DNA from: Bacteriovoracia bacterium
GTDB lineage: Bacteria; Bdellovibrionota; UBA1018; CAIPTA01
Length of the DNA stretch: 64,000 bases
Direction: 5' to 3'
Assembly (NCBI GenBank): GCA_050246755.1
Contig: JBFWVL010000001.1
Coordinates: 416,001-480,000, forward strand
The notes under the pieces were generated by a model that was given only the letters and a program-made list of their open reading frames with translations, made no database searches and was not told the origin of the DNA. This document shows positions 26,919 through 36,940 of this stretch, piece after piece; the first letter of the stretch is position 1; each line of letters opens with the position of its first letter. The position numbers and the translations under genes were made by a program.

Positions 26919-29249
26919 CTAGAAGGGGGGCCCAATCATAAAATTAAACTGCGCGTCTTTATTGTCGCCATTGAGAGGATAACCCCACTCAAAGCGCAGG
27001 GGACCAAGCGGCGAGAACCAGCGGATTCCCCAGCCGTAGTCACGCTTGAGGCTCATCTTAAACGTATCGTTGGCGTCGCCCGCATCGAAGAATGCTACCG
27101 CCTTGAGCCCGATTTCTCGAGCGATCGGGTATTCGAGCTCCGCCATATAAATCAGGTCGTACATCCCGCCGTCGGTGTAGCGGCGGCCGCGACGATCGGT
27201 TTTTTCCACGCCTACCGAATAGGGGCTATAGCCGCGCAAATTATTGGGTCCACCGAGGATAAATTTTTCCGTGGATTGCACGGGAAGCGTGGCGTAGTTC
27301 CAAATGGATCCCACCTCGGCCTTGGTGCGGAAGGTAAGCTCGCCGATCACTTTATGGTACCAGCGTGCGTCGCCGATCGAGCGGAGAAAATTCCGGTTTC
27401 CGCCAAGGCCCGCGAATTCTTCGCTGATCGATAAGTAGTGCCCCGCCGTGGTGATCAAACGGTCGTTCCGGCGATCGTTCACGAGCGTAGTAGAAACGGA
27501 GGAAATTGTGCCGTTCTCGCGCTCGATCGTTTCCGCGATTTCGGTGGAGGCATTCAGCAACATGATGCGTTCAATCCGGTAACCCACGTAGAGGCGGGTA
27601 TATTCTTCCACCGGGTGGCCGAGATTCAGCTGAGCTCCGCGCCGGAACTCCACGTAACGCCCCGGGATATCCTGCAACTCATAGGAAACGGATCCACCCG
27701 CGCTCCAGAGAGAATCGAAAGCGTAAGGATCGGTGAAAGAAAGCCGGAACGAACGGTTGTACTTCTGCTTGGACAGCTGGGTCTGGAAGCGGAGGTCTTG
27801 TCCCTTACCCATGAAGTTCGATTCCGAAATCTGGGTGGTGAAGAAAAACTTCGTGGTGGTGGCGTAACCGGCACCGAGCTGGAATTGCCCCGTCGGGCGT
27901 TCCTTCACGTTCACTTCCACGTCCATGATATCCGGGCGGCCGGCAGGCGATTTGGTCTGGATCTGCACCGACTCCTGATCGAAGAAACCGAGGCGCTCCA
28001 CGTTTTCTTTGGAGATCCTCATTCCGGATCCGGAATACAGCTCTCCCTCGCGGATCTTGAGCTCGCGCCGGATCACCTTATCGCGAGTTTTCGAGTTCCC
28101 CTTTACGGTGATGCGGCCGAAACGGACGAGCGTCCCTTTTTCGAATTCGTAACTAGTATTTACGGTGAGGGAATCATCGTGCACGTCGATATTGGGAACC
28201 ACGTTCACGTTGGCGTAGCCGAGATCCTGGTATTTTTCGGTGAGCGCAAGAATATCGGCGTTGCGCTTGGAGATAGAAAAAGTATCGCCGGACTTCAGCG
28301 TAACCGTATTGAACAGCTCATCCTTGGGGAAAAGGAGGTCGCCGCCAAAATCCAAAGTCCCCATTTTATAGAGCTGGCCTTCTTGCACCTTGATGGTGAT
28401 GTAAACCCACTTCTTATCTTCGCTCACCGTAACGATGGGCGGGTCATGGCGGAAGCGAACGTAGCCTTCGTTCAAGTACCAGTATTGGAGGTACTGAAGA
28501 TCGTTCTTAAAATCGAGCTCCTTAAAATTACCGCTGCTGGTGGCCCAAGAAAAGAAGCCGCCTTCCGAAGTATTACGGAGCGTGCGCTTGAGCTGATCGT
28601 CGGTGAAAGCGGTATTGCCCAGAAACGTAATTTTACGGATCTTTACCTTATCGTATTCGCGCACGCGAAAAAGAAGCTCTACCATGTCTTTATCTTTTAC
28701 GGGACGGATCGAGTAATCCACCTTCGCGAGATAGTAGCCCTTGTCTTCATAGTATTTGGTGAGCTTGCGCACGGATTCACGCACGAGATTCTCGTCGTAG
28801 ATATCGTAGGTTTTTACGGTGAGCGTATTCTTCAAATCATCGGTGGAAACTGCGTCGTTGCCGAAGAATACGATGCGATAAATCGCCGGCCGCTCCTTCA
28901 CGATATAGGTAAGAACGCCGGCCTCGAAGTCGACCTTGATTTCGTCGAAGTAACCCAGCTTGTGAATGGCGGCGATATCCTTGCGAACCTGTTCCTCGGA
29001 GAGATCTTTGCCCGTGGAGGAACCGATCTTCTCGAGGATGGCCTCCCGATCGATTTTTAGATTGCCCTTGATCTCGATTTTTTGAATCCGCTCGCCGCCC
29101 GAAGTAGAGCTCTCGGCGCTAGCGGTAACAGGTTTTTTGTCGGCATTTTTTTTTGCCTTAGGTGCGCCCCACGCAGCTTGGCTCGCGCAGATCAGCAAAC
29201 ATGCTAATCCCGCCCGCACTAACCACTGTCGCTGCACCGCTTGGTTCAA
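26919..29249 (-). CDS. bamA: Outer membrane protein assembly factor BamA
   Basis: POTRA repeats (GNSKTRDKVIRREL), LRGY, WFSPLGPLRFEWG, C-terminal Phe. Confidence 0.97.
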   Translation of the reverse strand: MNQAVQRQWLVRAGLACLLICASQAAWGAPKAKKNADKKPVTASAESSTSGGERIQKIEIKGNLKIDREAILEKIGSSTGKDLSEEQVRKDIAAIHKLGYFDEIKVDFEAGVLTYIVKERPAIYRIVFFGNDAVSTDDLKNTLTVKTYDIYDENLVRESVRKLTKYYEDKGYYLAKVDYSIRPVKDKDMVELLFRVREYDKVKIRKITFLGNTAFTDDQLKRTLRNTSEGGFFSWATSSGNFKELDFKNDLQYLQYWYLNEGYVRFRHDPPIVTVSEDKKWVYITIKVQEGQLYKMGTLDFGGDLLFPKDELFNTVTLKSGDTFSISKRNADILALTEKYQDLGYANVNVVPNIDVHDDSLTVNTSYEFEKGTLVRFGRITVKGNSKTRDKVIRRELKIREGELYSGSGMRISKENVERLGFFDQESVQIQTKSPAGRPDIMDVEVNVKERPTGQFQLGAGYATTTKFFFTTQISESNFMGKGQDLRFQTQLSKQKYNRSFRLSFTDPYAFDSLWSAGGSVSYELQDIPGRYVEFRRGAQLNLGHPVEEYTRLYVGYRIERIMLLNASTEIAETIERENGTISSVSTTLVNDRRNDRLITTAGHYLSISEEFAGLGGNRNFLRSIGDARWYHKVIGELTFRTKAEVGSIWNYATLPVQSTEKFILGGPNNLRGYSPYSVGVEKTDRRGRRYTDGGMYDLIYMAELEYPIAREIGLKAVAFFDAGDANDTFKMSLKRDYGWGIRWFSPLGPLRFEWGYPLNGDNKDAQFNFMIGPPF

Positions 29250-29376
29250 AACAAATCCTCAAAAAACGAAGGTATAGGAGAAGTACCTATTGGCGACGGA
29301 GCTTGTCAATTGAAAGAGATAACACCGCGCACAAGCAGCCAATCCGCGTTAATTTAACGCTGTCGGCCAAAGCGAA

Positions 29377-30465
29377 TTACCGGGCGGCCTCCGCACTGAG
29401 CTTTAACTCAGCCGGCAATTCTCGCTTAGTGGGCACGTCACATAATTCGGCGAATAGTTTTTTGGCGCTTTCCTCTGCTTCCACAGAAGCCGCCCCCATG
29501 GAGATCATCACCCGGCCCTCCCGGATCGGAGTATTGATGCGAGGATTAAGGATCACCCGTTTTTTCACCGTCACGGCTAAAAATTTACCCACGTTTTTCT
29601 CCGTAAGCTGCGCTAACTTCGCCGCCCCGTTCGCGGTGAGCTCCAGGGAAATGGATCCCCCGTTCAAAATCGGTTCGAGCGGACGGTCTAATTTGATCCT
29701 CGCAATATCACGCTTAGAAAGACGCGGTTTTCTCTCCACAAACACCGCCTCCCGCAGAGAGTTCATGGAAACCGGATACTGGGAACTACGCACGTCGGAG
29801 GAAAGATAGAAGGATAAGCTCGGATTCACCTTCGCCCCCGTGCAATAAGGCTCCTGATAGTCAAAGACCGCGCCTTCGTAGCCCGCACGGCAACCTTTAT
29901 CCATGGGATCCAGCTCCAGGCATATTTTGAATTCCCGGATCACGCCTTCCGGAGCCGCATTTTCTCGCGCGAGCTGCTGCGCGCGATAAAAATGAGCCCG
30001 GGGCTGCTGGGGATAGCGCGCCACTAGTTCGGGAATTCCCGCTTTTATTTTTCGGGCGAGGCGCAGGGCCACTACCGGATCCACGCTCTTAGCGGTTTCC
30101 TGAACCGCGCTCACGATTTGGTAGGCCGCGAAGGCGCGTGCGGGATCGAGAGAATCCTTTCGCTTGTCGAACCAGCGCTCTCCGGCCTCTACGAATTCTT
30201 TTCCCAGTTTTTCCATGTCGGCGCCCGATAACGCCTTTTCCTCCGTTTCGGCTCGCTGCCGGGCGCGGATCATCCTGCCCAGTACCTTCGCCATCGCGGC
30301 GTCCTCGGAATCGCAACGCTTCTCGCAATCTTCCAGTGAGGCCGGAGTGGCGGTGGTGATGTCTACGAGGCGGGGAGCAGCTTCGCCCTTAGTACTGGAG
30401 GCGCTGGAACAACCCACCAAAAAACCCAGCGACAAAAATACCGGCCCTAAGACGAGAAAACGCAT
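29377..30465 (-). CDS. Lipoprotein with TPR-like region and C-terminal SecD/SecF P1-head-like domain
   Basis: Lipobox LVGC; PRAHFY.A...CLELDP; ISLELTANGAAKLAQLTEKNVGKFLAV..K.RVILNPRINTPIREGRVMIS. Confidence 0.7.
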   Translation of the reverse strand: MRFLVLGPVFLSLGFLVGCSSASSTKGEAAPRLVDITTATPASLEDCEKRCDSEDAAMAKVLGRMIRARQRAETEEKALSGADMEKLGKEFVEAGERWFDKRKDSLDPARAFAAYQIVSAVQETAKSVDPVVALRLARKIKAGIPELVARYPQQPRAHFYRAQQLARENAAPEGVIREFKICLELDPMDKGCRAGYEGAVFDYQEPYCTGAKVNPSLSFYLSSDVRSSQYPVSMNSLREAVFVERKPRLSKRDIARIKLDRPLEPILNGGSISLELTANGAAKLAQLTEKNVGKFLAVTVKKRVILNPRINTPIREGRVMISMGAASVEAEESAKKLFAELCDVPTKRELPAELKLSAEAAR

Positions 30466-30482
30466 TTGCTCTCCTGTTGAAT

Positions 30483-31172
30483 CTATTTCTTCGAATCCTG
30501 CACAATTAAACCGTCGCGCATCACCACTTGGCGGGAAAAATTCTTCGCCATCACCTCGTCGTGGGTAACGAGCACGATGGTAACGCCACGGCTTTCGTTG
30601 AGTTTCACGAAGAGTTCCTTCACCATCTGCGCGTTTGCGCTGTCTAGATTTCCGGTGGGCTCATCGGCGAGCAGGAGCCGCGGATACATTACCATGGCCC
30701 GCGCCAGCGCCACGCGCTGCTGCTCTCCGCCCGAAAGCTCGGCGGGCCGGTGCGTGAGGCGATGGCCGAGGCCTACCTCCACGAGCAGTTCCTGGGCACG
30801 CTGCTCGTATTTTTTCCGGTCTTCCCCCGCAATGAGAGCCGGCATCAGCACATTCTCGAGGGCGGTGAATTCCTGGAGCAAGTAGTGAAACTGAAAAATA
30901 AAACCGATCTCGCGGTTACGGAACCTCGCGGTTTTTTCGGCAGAAAAAGCGCGGATATCCTGCCCGCCATAGAGAATTTTTCCGTCGGTGGGAGGCTCCA
31001 GCGCGCCGAGCACGTGCATGAGAGTGGATTTTCCCGCGCCCGACGCCCCGAGAATGGCGATGGTTTCTCCTTCATCGATGGCGAGATCCACTCCGCGTAA
31101 AACTTCTACCGGATTTCCATCGCGGTGATAGGTTTTGCGCAACCCTTCGCAACGAAGCAGTACTTCACTCAT
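30483..31172 (-). CDS. lolD: Lipoprotein-releasing ABC transporter ATPase
   Basis: GASGAGKST, GFIFQFHYLL.EFTALENV, LSGGEQQRV, ADEPTGNLD. Confidence 0.93.
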   Translation of the reverse strand: MSEVLLRCEGLRKTYHRDGNPVEVLRGVDLAIDEGETIAILGASGAGKSTLMHVLGALEPPTDGKILYGGQDIRAFSAEKTARFRNREIGFIFQFHYLLQEFTALENVLMPALIAGEDRKKYEQRAQELLVEVGLGHRLTHRPAELSGGEQQRVALARAMVMYPRLLLADEPTGNLDSANAQMVKELFVKLNESRGVTIVLVTHDEVMAKNFSRQVVMRDGLIVQDSKK

Positions 31173-32391
31173 AGCGCAGCCCCTCCACGGGAGATTCATT
31201 GGCCACTTGGTAGGCCGGGTAGAGGGTGGCCAGCAGGGCTACCAGAACAGCGCAGCCCGCGATCACGAGTAAAGTGGCGGGTCGGAGATCCACCGGCAAA
31301 TAAGAAATAAAGTAAACGTCGGGCGGCAACTGGATGAATTTCGTCTTTGCCAAAATCGTGGCCAATAATAAACCAAGAGACAAACCGGCAACCGCTCCCG
31401 ACAGACCGATCCACAGCCCTACCCGCACGAAAACGCGGGAGCTCTGGCGCGGAGAAAGCCCCATTGCCTTGAGGATGGACATTTCCTTCTTTTTCTCGCT
31501 CATCATCATCATTAGCGTGCTCATGATATTAAAAGCCGCAACCACGATGATAGCCGTGAGGATCACGAAGATCACCGCTTTTTGCAAACGCACAGCGTAG
31601 AATAAATTCCGATTCAGCTCCGTCCAGTCGCGGGAACGGTAAGGATAGCCCATTTCTTTCTGTAGCCGCTCCGAAAGCTGGCGGGACTGTGCGGCCGATC
31701 TCGTTTTGATCCGCATCGCCGAAAAGCTGCCCGGCGGCAGCCGGAAAAAGTCCCGGGCCTCATCAATATGAATCATGCTGTACTTCGAATCGTACTCGTA
31801 CATTCCCGTGCTCACGATCCCGGCCACGCGAAAGCGGCGCGAACGCGGCTGCAAGCTGTCCTTTTCGAAAAAGGGAGAGATCACCGAAATCACGTCGCCG
31901 CTTTTGGCATTCAGGCTTTCCGCTAAATTAGCGCCGATAAGGATGCTGGGCAGCTTCCCGTCTAAACCTAGCTCAGGCATCGCGCCATTCCCGATATGCT
32001 TGGCCAGCTCGGTAGTTTGGATCGTGGTGCGCTCTTCGATTCCTTCCACCAGAGACCCTACTACCCGCGCGCCTTTGGCAAGCATCACTTCGCTAAAGAG
32101 GAAAGGGCTCGTGGCGAGGATCTGGTCTCCCCCGATTCTTTCCACCCTTTCTTCGAAATCATGCTGGTCCGTGATGAGCTGGCGCGAAGAAAAGAGCACG
32201 ATATGGGATTGGGTGTCGGTGATGATGCTCTGGAGCTGCGTTTCGAAGCCTTCCATCACACTCATCACCACGGTGAGGGCGGCCACGCCAAGGCAAACGC
32301 CGAAAAGCGATACGGAAGCGATAAAAGAGAGAAAGGTATTTCGCTTCTTTCCCGTAAGGAAGCGGCGAGCCACCACGGCCACAATCGACAT
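31165..32391 (-). CDS. Lipoprotein-releasing ABC transporter permease LolC/E (single LolF type)
   Basis: GVAALTVVMSVMEGF, GMYEYD, AAFNI.STL, YFISYLP, YPA...P.EGLRYE; start re-set to MSIVAVVARR. Confidence 0.93.
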   Translation of the reverse strand: MSIVAVVARRFLTGKKRNTFLSFIASVSLFGVCLGVAALTVVMSVMEGFETQLQSIITDTQSHIVLFSSRQLITDQHDFEERVERIGGDQILATSPFLFSEVMLAKGARVVGSLVEGIEERTTIQTTELAKHIGNGAMPELGLDGKLPSILIGANLAESLNAKSGDVISVISPFFEKDSLQPRSRRFRVAGIVSTGMYEYDSKYSMIHIDEARDFFRLPPGSFSAMRIKTRSAAQSRQLSERLQKEMGYPYRSRDWTELNRNLFYAVRLQKAVIFVILTAIIVVAAFNIMSTLMMMMSEKKKEMSILKAMGLSPRQSSRVFVRVGLWIGLSGAVAGLSLGLLLATILAKTKFIQLPPDVYFISYLPVDLRPATLLVIAGCAVLVALLATLYPAYQVANESPVEGLRYE

Positions 32392-32454
32392 GCAGGAAAG
32401 ATAACATAGCCTAGACAGAAAGCAGATCCTGATTCGGGTCATCCGGGGTAAAGT

Positions 32455-33321
32455 ATGGTTATGCGCATAGCTCTTGTTACCTGCGAGGAAAAGCCCGAAG
32501 GAACCGCGGACGACCGTATCCTGCAAGCGGCGCTGGGCGCAAAAGGACACGCGGGCGAATATAAAATCTGGTCCGACCCCGAGGCCGATTGGGAAAAATT
32601 CGACCTCGCCCTGCTTCGCTCTCCTTGGGATTATTACAAAAGGCTGCCGGAATTTTTGGCCTGGACCAGCCGCGTAAGCCGCTCCACCCGCTTGGCAAAT
32701 CCCTTGGATACCGTGCGCGAGAATGCCACGAAAGATTACCTTCTGGATCTGGAGAAACGAGGGCTGGCCATTGTGCCGTCTTTTTTCGCCAAAGACCGCG
32801 CTACCGCCATCGATGCGGGCTACCAAATGCTGCGAAACGGGCCCATCGTGGTGAAGCCCGCCGTATCGGGCGGATCTTTTCTCACCTATTTGGTTCGCTC
32901 GGCCAAAGAACTCGAGACGCCGGTGCAGCAAGTGCTGGCCCATAGCGAAGCCCTGCTCCAGCCCTTTATGGACTCGGTACCTGCCGACGGCGAAATTTCC
33001 CTAATTTATTTTCGCGTGGGCGCTAGCTGGAAATATTCCCACTCCGTCTTGAAAACGGCCGCCCCTGAAGAATTTCGCGTACAAACCGACTTCGCCGGCA
33101 AGGTAGAGCGCTTTGAGCCAAGCCGGAAGCTATTCGCGTTCGCCGAACAAATCCTGCAGCGCCTGTCTCCCGGAGATCTCTACGTGAGGATCGATCTGGT
33201 GGACTGGAAAAAAAGCCCGAAGATCGGAGAGATTGAGCTGATCGAGCCGGCCCTATTCTTCGCATTTTCGGATCAAGCCGCCGCCCTGCAGATCGAGGCG
33301 ATCGAAGCTATTCTGGCCTAG
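32455..33321 (+). CDS. ATP-grasp enzyme (RimK/glutathione-synthetase-like)
   Basis: LRSPWDY, KDYLLDL, VVKPAVSGG, QPF, GEISL, YVRID, EIELIEPALF. Confidence 0.85.
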   Translation: MVMRIALVTCEEKPEGTADDRILQAALGAKGHAGEYKIWSDPEADWEKFDLALLRSPWDYYKRLPEFLAWTSRVSRSTRLANPLDTVRENATKDYLLDLEKRGLAIVPSFFAKDRATAIDAGYQMLRNGPIVVKPAVSGGSFLTYLVRSAKELETPVQQVLAHSEALLQPFMDSVPADGEISLIYFRVGASWKYSHSVLKTAAPEEFRVQTDFAGKVERFEPSRKLFAFAEQILQRLSPGDLYVRIDLVDWKKSPKIGEIELIEPALFFAFSDQAAALQIEAIEAILA

Positions 33322-33652
33322 CCAAAACTTTCGCGGGCGCATCCCGGTTCTGGCAGTTCAGGAGAAAGTCGACGCTCAAAAATTTCTTCCCGGGAATCAC
33401 CTTGATGCATTTCCCAGCGTAGGGCGTGAGCGAAAGCCCGAGCGCAATATGCTCGCCGGTAAGAATCACCTGCCGGTAATTTTCAAAATTGATCACCACC
33501 CGCTCGATGCCCGCCTCGTCGGATCCCAGCCCAATATCCTTCACCGTGAGCGCTTCGGTATGCTGATAACCCCAGCCCTCCCCTTCGAAACGGACGGCGG
33601 CGCGGGCTACAGGCATAGCCCCTAGAAATAGGGCGAACAAAAGTAATTTCAT
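33308..33652 (-). CDS. Hypothetical exported protein
   Basis: Start re-set to MKLLLF; signal peptide ending ARA; follows lysS. Confidence 0.55.
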   Translation of the reverse strand: MKLLLFALFLGAMPVARAAVRFEGEGWGYQHTEALTVKDIGLGSDEAGIERVVINFENYRQVILTGEHIALGLSLTPYAGKCIKVIPGKKFLSVDFLLNCQNRDAPAKVLARPE

Positions 33653-33763
33653 GGCGAATCCTCGAATTATCCCGAGAAAAATAGCAAAAAAGCTGGGCCC
33701 CGAACAGATGAATGGTTGCCGCAGGAAGGGAAGGCGGAGCAGGATCAAAAAGAGATACCGAAG

Positions 33764-35272
33764 TTACTCCGCACGCATATGCGGAAACAGGATCACGTCG
33801 CGGATGCTGGCTTGATTCGTCATCAGCATCACGAGGCGATCGATCCCGAGACCTTCGCCCGCGGCCGGCGGCATTCCGTATTCCAGCGCGCGCAGAAAAT
33901 CCTCGTCCACTTCGCAGGCTTCATCGTCGCCCGCCGCCTTATTGGTGGCCTGCAACTCAAAGCGCTCACGTTGGTCGATGGGATCGTTGAGCTCGGAAAA
34001 CGCGTTCCCGATCTCGCGGCCGTATACGAAAAACTCGAAGCGATCGGTCACTTCCGGATTTTGCTCATTCCGGCGCGCGAGGAAGGAAACTTCCGCCGGA
34101 TACTGCGTGATGAACGTGGGCTGGATCAGCTTCTTCTCCACCGTTACTTCGAAAAGCTGCAAGAGGTAAGAGCCTTGTCCCCAATGCTTTTTCCAGGCGG
34201 CAGGAACGTCGCCAGCAGCCTGCAGGGCTTTTTTCAGGCTCTCCACGTCTTCGAGGGCTTGGTCCGTTACCATTGCGGCCGGAAGCCCGCTTAGTTTCTG
34301 GATGGCCTCCTTCATCGTGAAACGCTGCCAAGGACGCGCGAAAGAAATCTCCGCGTCTTGGTAGGTAAGCGATTTTTTACCGTGGATCTTCTCGCACATT
34401 CCCTCGAGCATTTCCTCGGTGAGGTCCATGAGCTCATTATAGGTGGCGTAGGCCCAGTAAAATTCCAGCATCGTGAATTCGGGATTATGGCGAACCGAGA
34501 TTCCTTCGTTGCGGAAGTTGCGGTTGATCTCGAAAACTTTTTCCATGCCGCCCACGAGCAGGCGCTTCAGGTAAAGCTCGGGCGCGATTCGCAGGAAAAG
34601 CTTCATATCGAGGGCATTATGGTGGGTGGCGAAGGGACGCGCGGCGGCCCCCCCGGCGATCGGGTGCATCATCGGCGTTTCTACTTCGGAGAAACCGCGA
34701 TCGGTGAGGAAGGTGCGGATATACTGCACCACTTTCGAGCGGGTCTCGAATACGGTGCGCACATCGTCGTTCATGATCAAATCCACATACCGCATCCGGT
34801 ATTTCTGCTCCACGTCGGTAAGGCCATGAAACTTCTCGGGCAAGGGCTTCAAGGATTTCGAGAGCAATTCAATGCGCGAGGCATGCACGGAAAGTTCGTT
34901 GGTTTTCGTGCGGAACACGTGGCCTTCCACGTAAACGATATCCCCCACATCAAATGTCTTAAAACTCGCAAAAGACGCTTCACCGATATCCTGGATGGCC
35001 ACGTAACTCTGGAGAGTGCCGGTACGATCTTTTAGCTGCACAAAGGCGGCCTTGCCAAAATGCCGGAAGGCCATGATGCGGCCCGCATAAGAAACCGTAA
35101 TCTTCTCCGCCTCTAGCTGCTCTTTAGTGAGCTCGCCCCATTTCTGGCGCATTTCCTGAACGGAAAATTTTGGGGCTAAACCATTTCGATAGGGGTTCAC
35201 GCCTTTTTCGCGGTAGGCCTTAAGCTTTTCGCGGCGGGTTTTTTCTTCGTCGGAGAGATCTAGATTTGCCAT
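33764..35272 (-). CDS. lysS: Lysine--tRNA ligase (class II)
   Basis: GGAAARPF.THHN, LRIAPELYLKRL, FRNEG...HNPEFT, YGMPP..G.GLGIDRL. Confidence 0.98.
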   Translation of the reverse strand: MANLDLSDEEKTRREKLKAYREKGVNPYRNGLAPKFSVQEMRQKWGELTKEQLEAEKITVSYAGRIMAFRHFGKAAFVQLKDRTGTLQSYVAIQDIGEASFASFKTFDVGDIVYVEGHVFRTKTNELSVHASRIELLSKSLKPLPEKFHGLTDVEQKYRMRYVDLIMNDDVRTVFETRSKVVQYIRTFLTDRGFSEVETPMMHPIAGGAAARPFATHHNALDMKLFLRIAPELYLKRLLVGGMEKVFEINRNFRNEGISVRHNPEFTMLEFYWAYATYNELMDLTEEMLEGMCEKIHGKKSLTYQDAEISFARPWQRFTMKEAIQKLSGLPAAMVTDQALEDVESLKKALQAAGDVPAAWKKHWGQGSYLLQLFEVTVEKKLIQPTFITQYPAEVSFLARRNEQNPEVTDRFEFFVYGREIGNAFSELNDPIDQRERFELQATNKAAGDDEACEVDEDFLRALEYGMPPAAGEGLGIDRLVMLMTNQASIRDVILFPHMRAE

Positions 35273-35346
35273 GGGCGGATACTAGCCAAGCGGAAGGCCT
35301 CCGACAAGGCCAAAGTGCCGCGGGAACCCACTTCGGTTTTCGGTCC

Positions 35347-36786
35347 CTACCGCTGCAAATCCGCGGGGGGTGCCGGGCGCTCCGCCGTTTTCACGGCATC
35401 GAGTTCCCGCAAATAGCGGTACGTATAAATTCCGGTGGCGTGCTTGTCATTCCAGATGAGGTTCACGCCGTAACGCCCTACGGGGAGCGCTTTCTCGAGC
35501 GAAATATCCTTCGGGATGGAAGTTTCGGTAATTTTTCTCTCCCCACTGAATTCATCCACGCACACGGCGCAAGGGCAATGGAAGCGGAGGGCTTTGGCCT
35601 CGTAGGTATATTTTTGGCCGTCGCTCCAGTAGATCGCGAGCTTATGATTTCCGCCTTCAATCTCGGCAGGCAGCGGTTCCACCGCGAGGGGCACGATATC
35701 TTTTTGGGTGGGATCGCTCGTCATGGCCTCGATGGTGGCGATCATACGCGTGGCGGCCTGCATATAAGCCTGGGCAGAAGGAGACCTCGGATCGCGGATC
35801 ACGATGGGCTCGCCTTCGTCGCAGGCGCGCACGAGAGCGGCATCCACCGGAATCTGGCCGATGAGGGGAACGGAATCCTCCGCCGCTAATTTCTTCGCGC
35901 CACCTTCGCCGAAAATTGAAGTAGTGGCTCCGCAATCGGAGCAGGCAAATCCGCTCATGGTCTCAATTAGACCGAGAATGGGAACGCCCACATGGCGGAA
36001 CATGAGGAGGCCTTTGCGCGCAATCTCGATGGCCACTTGCTGGGGGGTGGTGACCACGATAGCGCCGGTGAGATTGGACTGTTGCGAGAGAGAGAGCTGG
36101 ATATCGCCAGTTCCGGGGGGAAGATCGATGAGGAGATAATCGAGTTCCCCCCATTTCACGCCGAGCAGGAACTGCTGGATCATCTTCGTGGCCATGGGCG
36201 CACGCCAGACGGTGGGCTGATCGCGCCCGATGAGCAAGCCGAGGGAAATCACTTTGATCCCGAGCATTTCGAAGGGAACGATGAGGTTATCGTCCATTTG
36301 TGGCTGCGTGCCTTCGGAACCGCGTGGGAAATGCTGGCCGAGCATCGTGGGCACCGAAGGGCCGTAGATATCGGCGTCGAGCAAACCTACTTTGTGACCA
36401 AGCTTTTTCAGCGCCATCGCGAGGTTCACGGCGGTGGTGCTTTTTCCCACGCCGCCTTTTCCCGATCCCACCACGATCACATGATTTACGCCGGGCACGG
36501 CTTGGGCGCCATGCACTACGCGAGGTTTCGGTTTTTGAAAGATATTGGGCATCACAGCCGAAACGCCGGGAATATTTTTTACCGCACTCACGCAAGCCGC
36601 ACGGATTTGATCGCGCTGCTCGTTGGCCAGGGAAGGCAAATAGATATCGAAGCTTACCTTGCCATCTTGCACACGCACATTGGCCACCAGCCCGAGCGTG
36701 ACGAGATCTTTTCCGGTTTCGGGATCGGTTACTTTGCGAAGGGCGTCGAGTACGGTTCCGCTAGTAACGGGGTGTGCATGGGCCAT
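35347..36786 (-). CDS. mrp: Mrp/NBP35 Fe-S carrier ATPase with N-terminal DUF59-like and C-terminal DUF971-like domains
   Basis: VTDPE, SGKGGVGKSTT, DADIYGPS, DLPPGTGD, CSDC; C-terminal LRFHCPCAVC...VGRYG...WND.H.TGIY. Confidence 0.9.
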   Translation of the reverse strand: MAHAHPVTSGTVLDALRKVTDPETGKDLVTLGLVANVRVQDGKVSFDIYLPSLANEQRDQIRAACVSAVKNIPGVSAVMPNIFQKPKPRVVHGAQAVPGVNHVIVVGSGKGGVGKSTTAVNLAMALKKLGHKVGLLDADIYGPSVPTMLGQHFPRGSEGTQPQMDDNLIVPFEMLGIKVISLGLLIGRDQPTVWRAPMATKMIQQFLLGVKWGELDYLLIDLPPGTGDIQLSLSQQSNLTGAIVVTTPQQVAIEIARKGLLMFRHVGVPILGLIETMSGFACSDCGATTSIFGEGGAKKLAAEDSVPLIGQIPVDAALVRACDEGEPIVIRDPRSPSAQAYMQAATRMIATIEAMTSDPTQKDIVPLAVEPLPAEIEGGNHKLAIYWSDGQKYTYEAKALRFHCPCAVCVDEFSGERKITETSIPKDISLEKALPVGRYGVNLIWNDKHATGIYTYRYLRELDAVKTAERPAPPADLQR

Positions 36787-36940
36787 GGGTAATCCTCTTA
36801 GTTATGTGCCCCAGGCTTTACCAAAAATACGCGGATTGCACGACAGGAGAAACCGGGGCGTCGCGGTTTTGCTTTAATCAGGTATAGGATTCGCAATAAT
36901 GCGCCGCATTGTCCCCAAAGCCAGGCTACAATATTCCTAG

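Noticed and set aside
32392-32943. N-terminal extension of LolC/E in the 592-aa track ORF (similar over-long starts for lpxA, ribF, gltD, DUF1207-like and SLT genes)
   Set aside because: The extension overlaps the real opposite-strand ATP-grasp gene; homology starts at MSIVAVVARR
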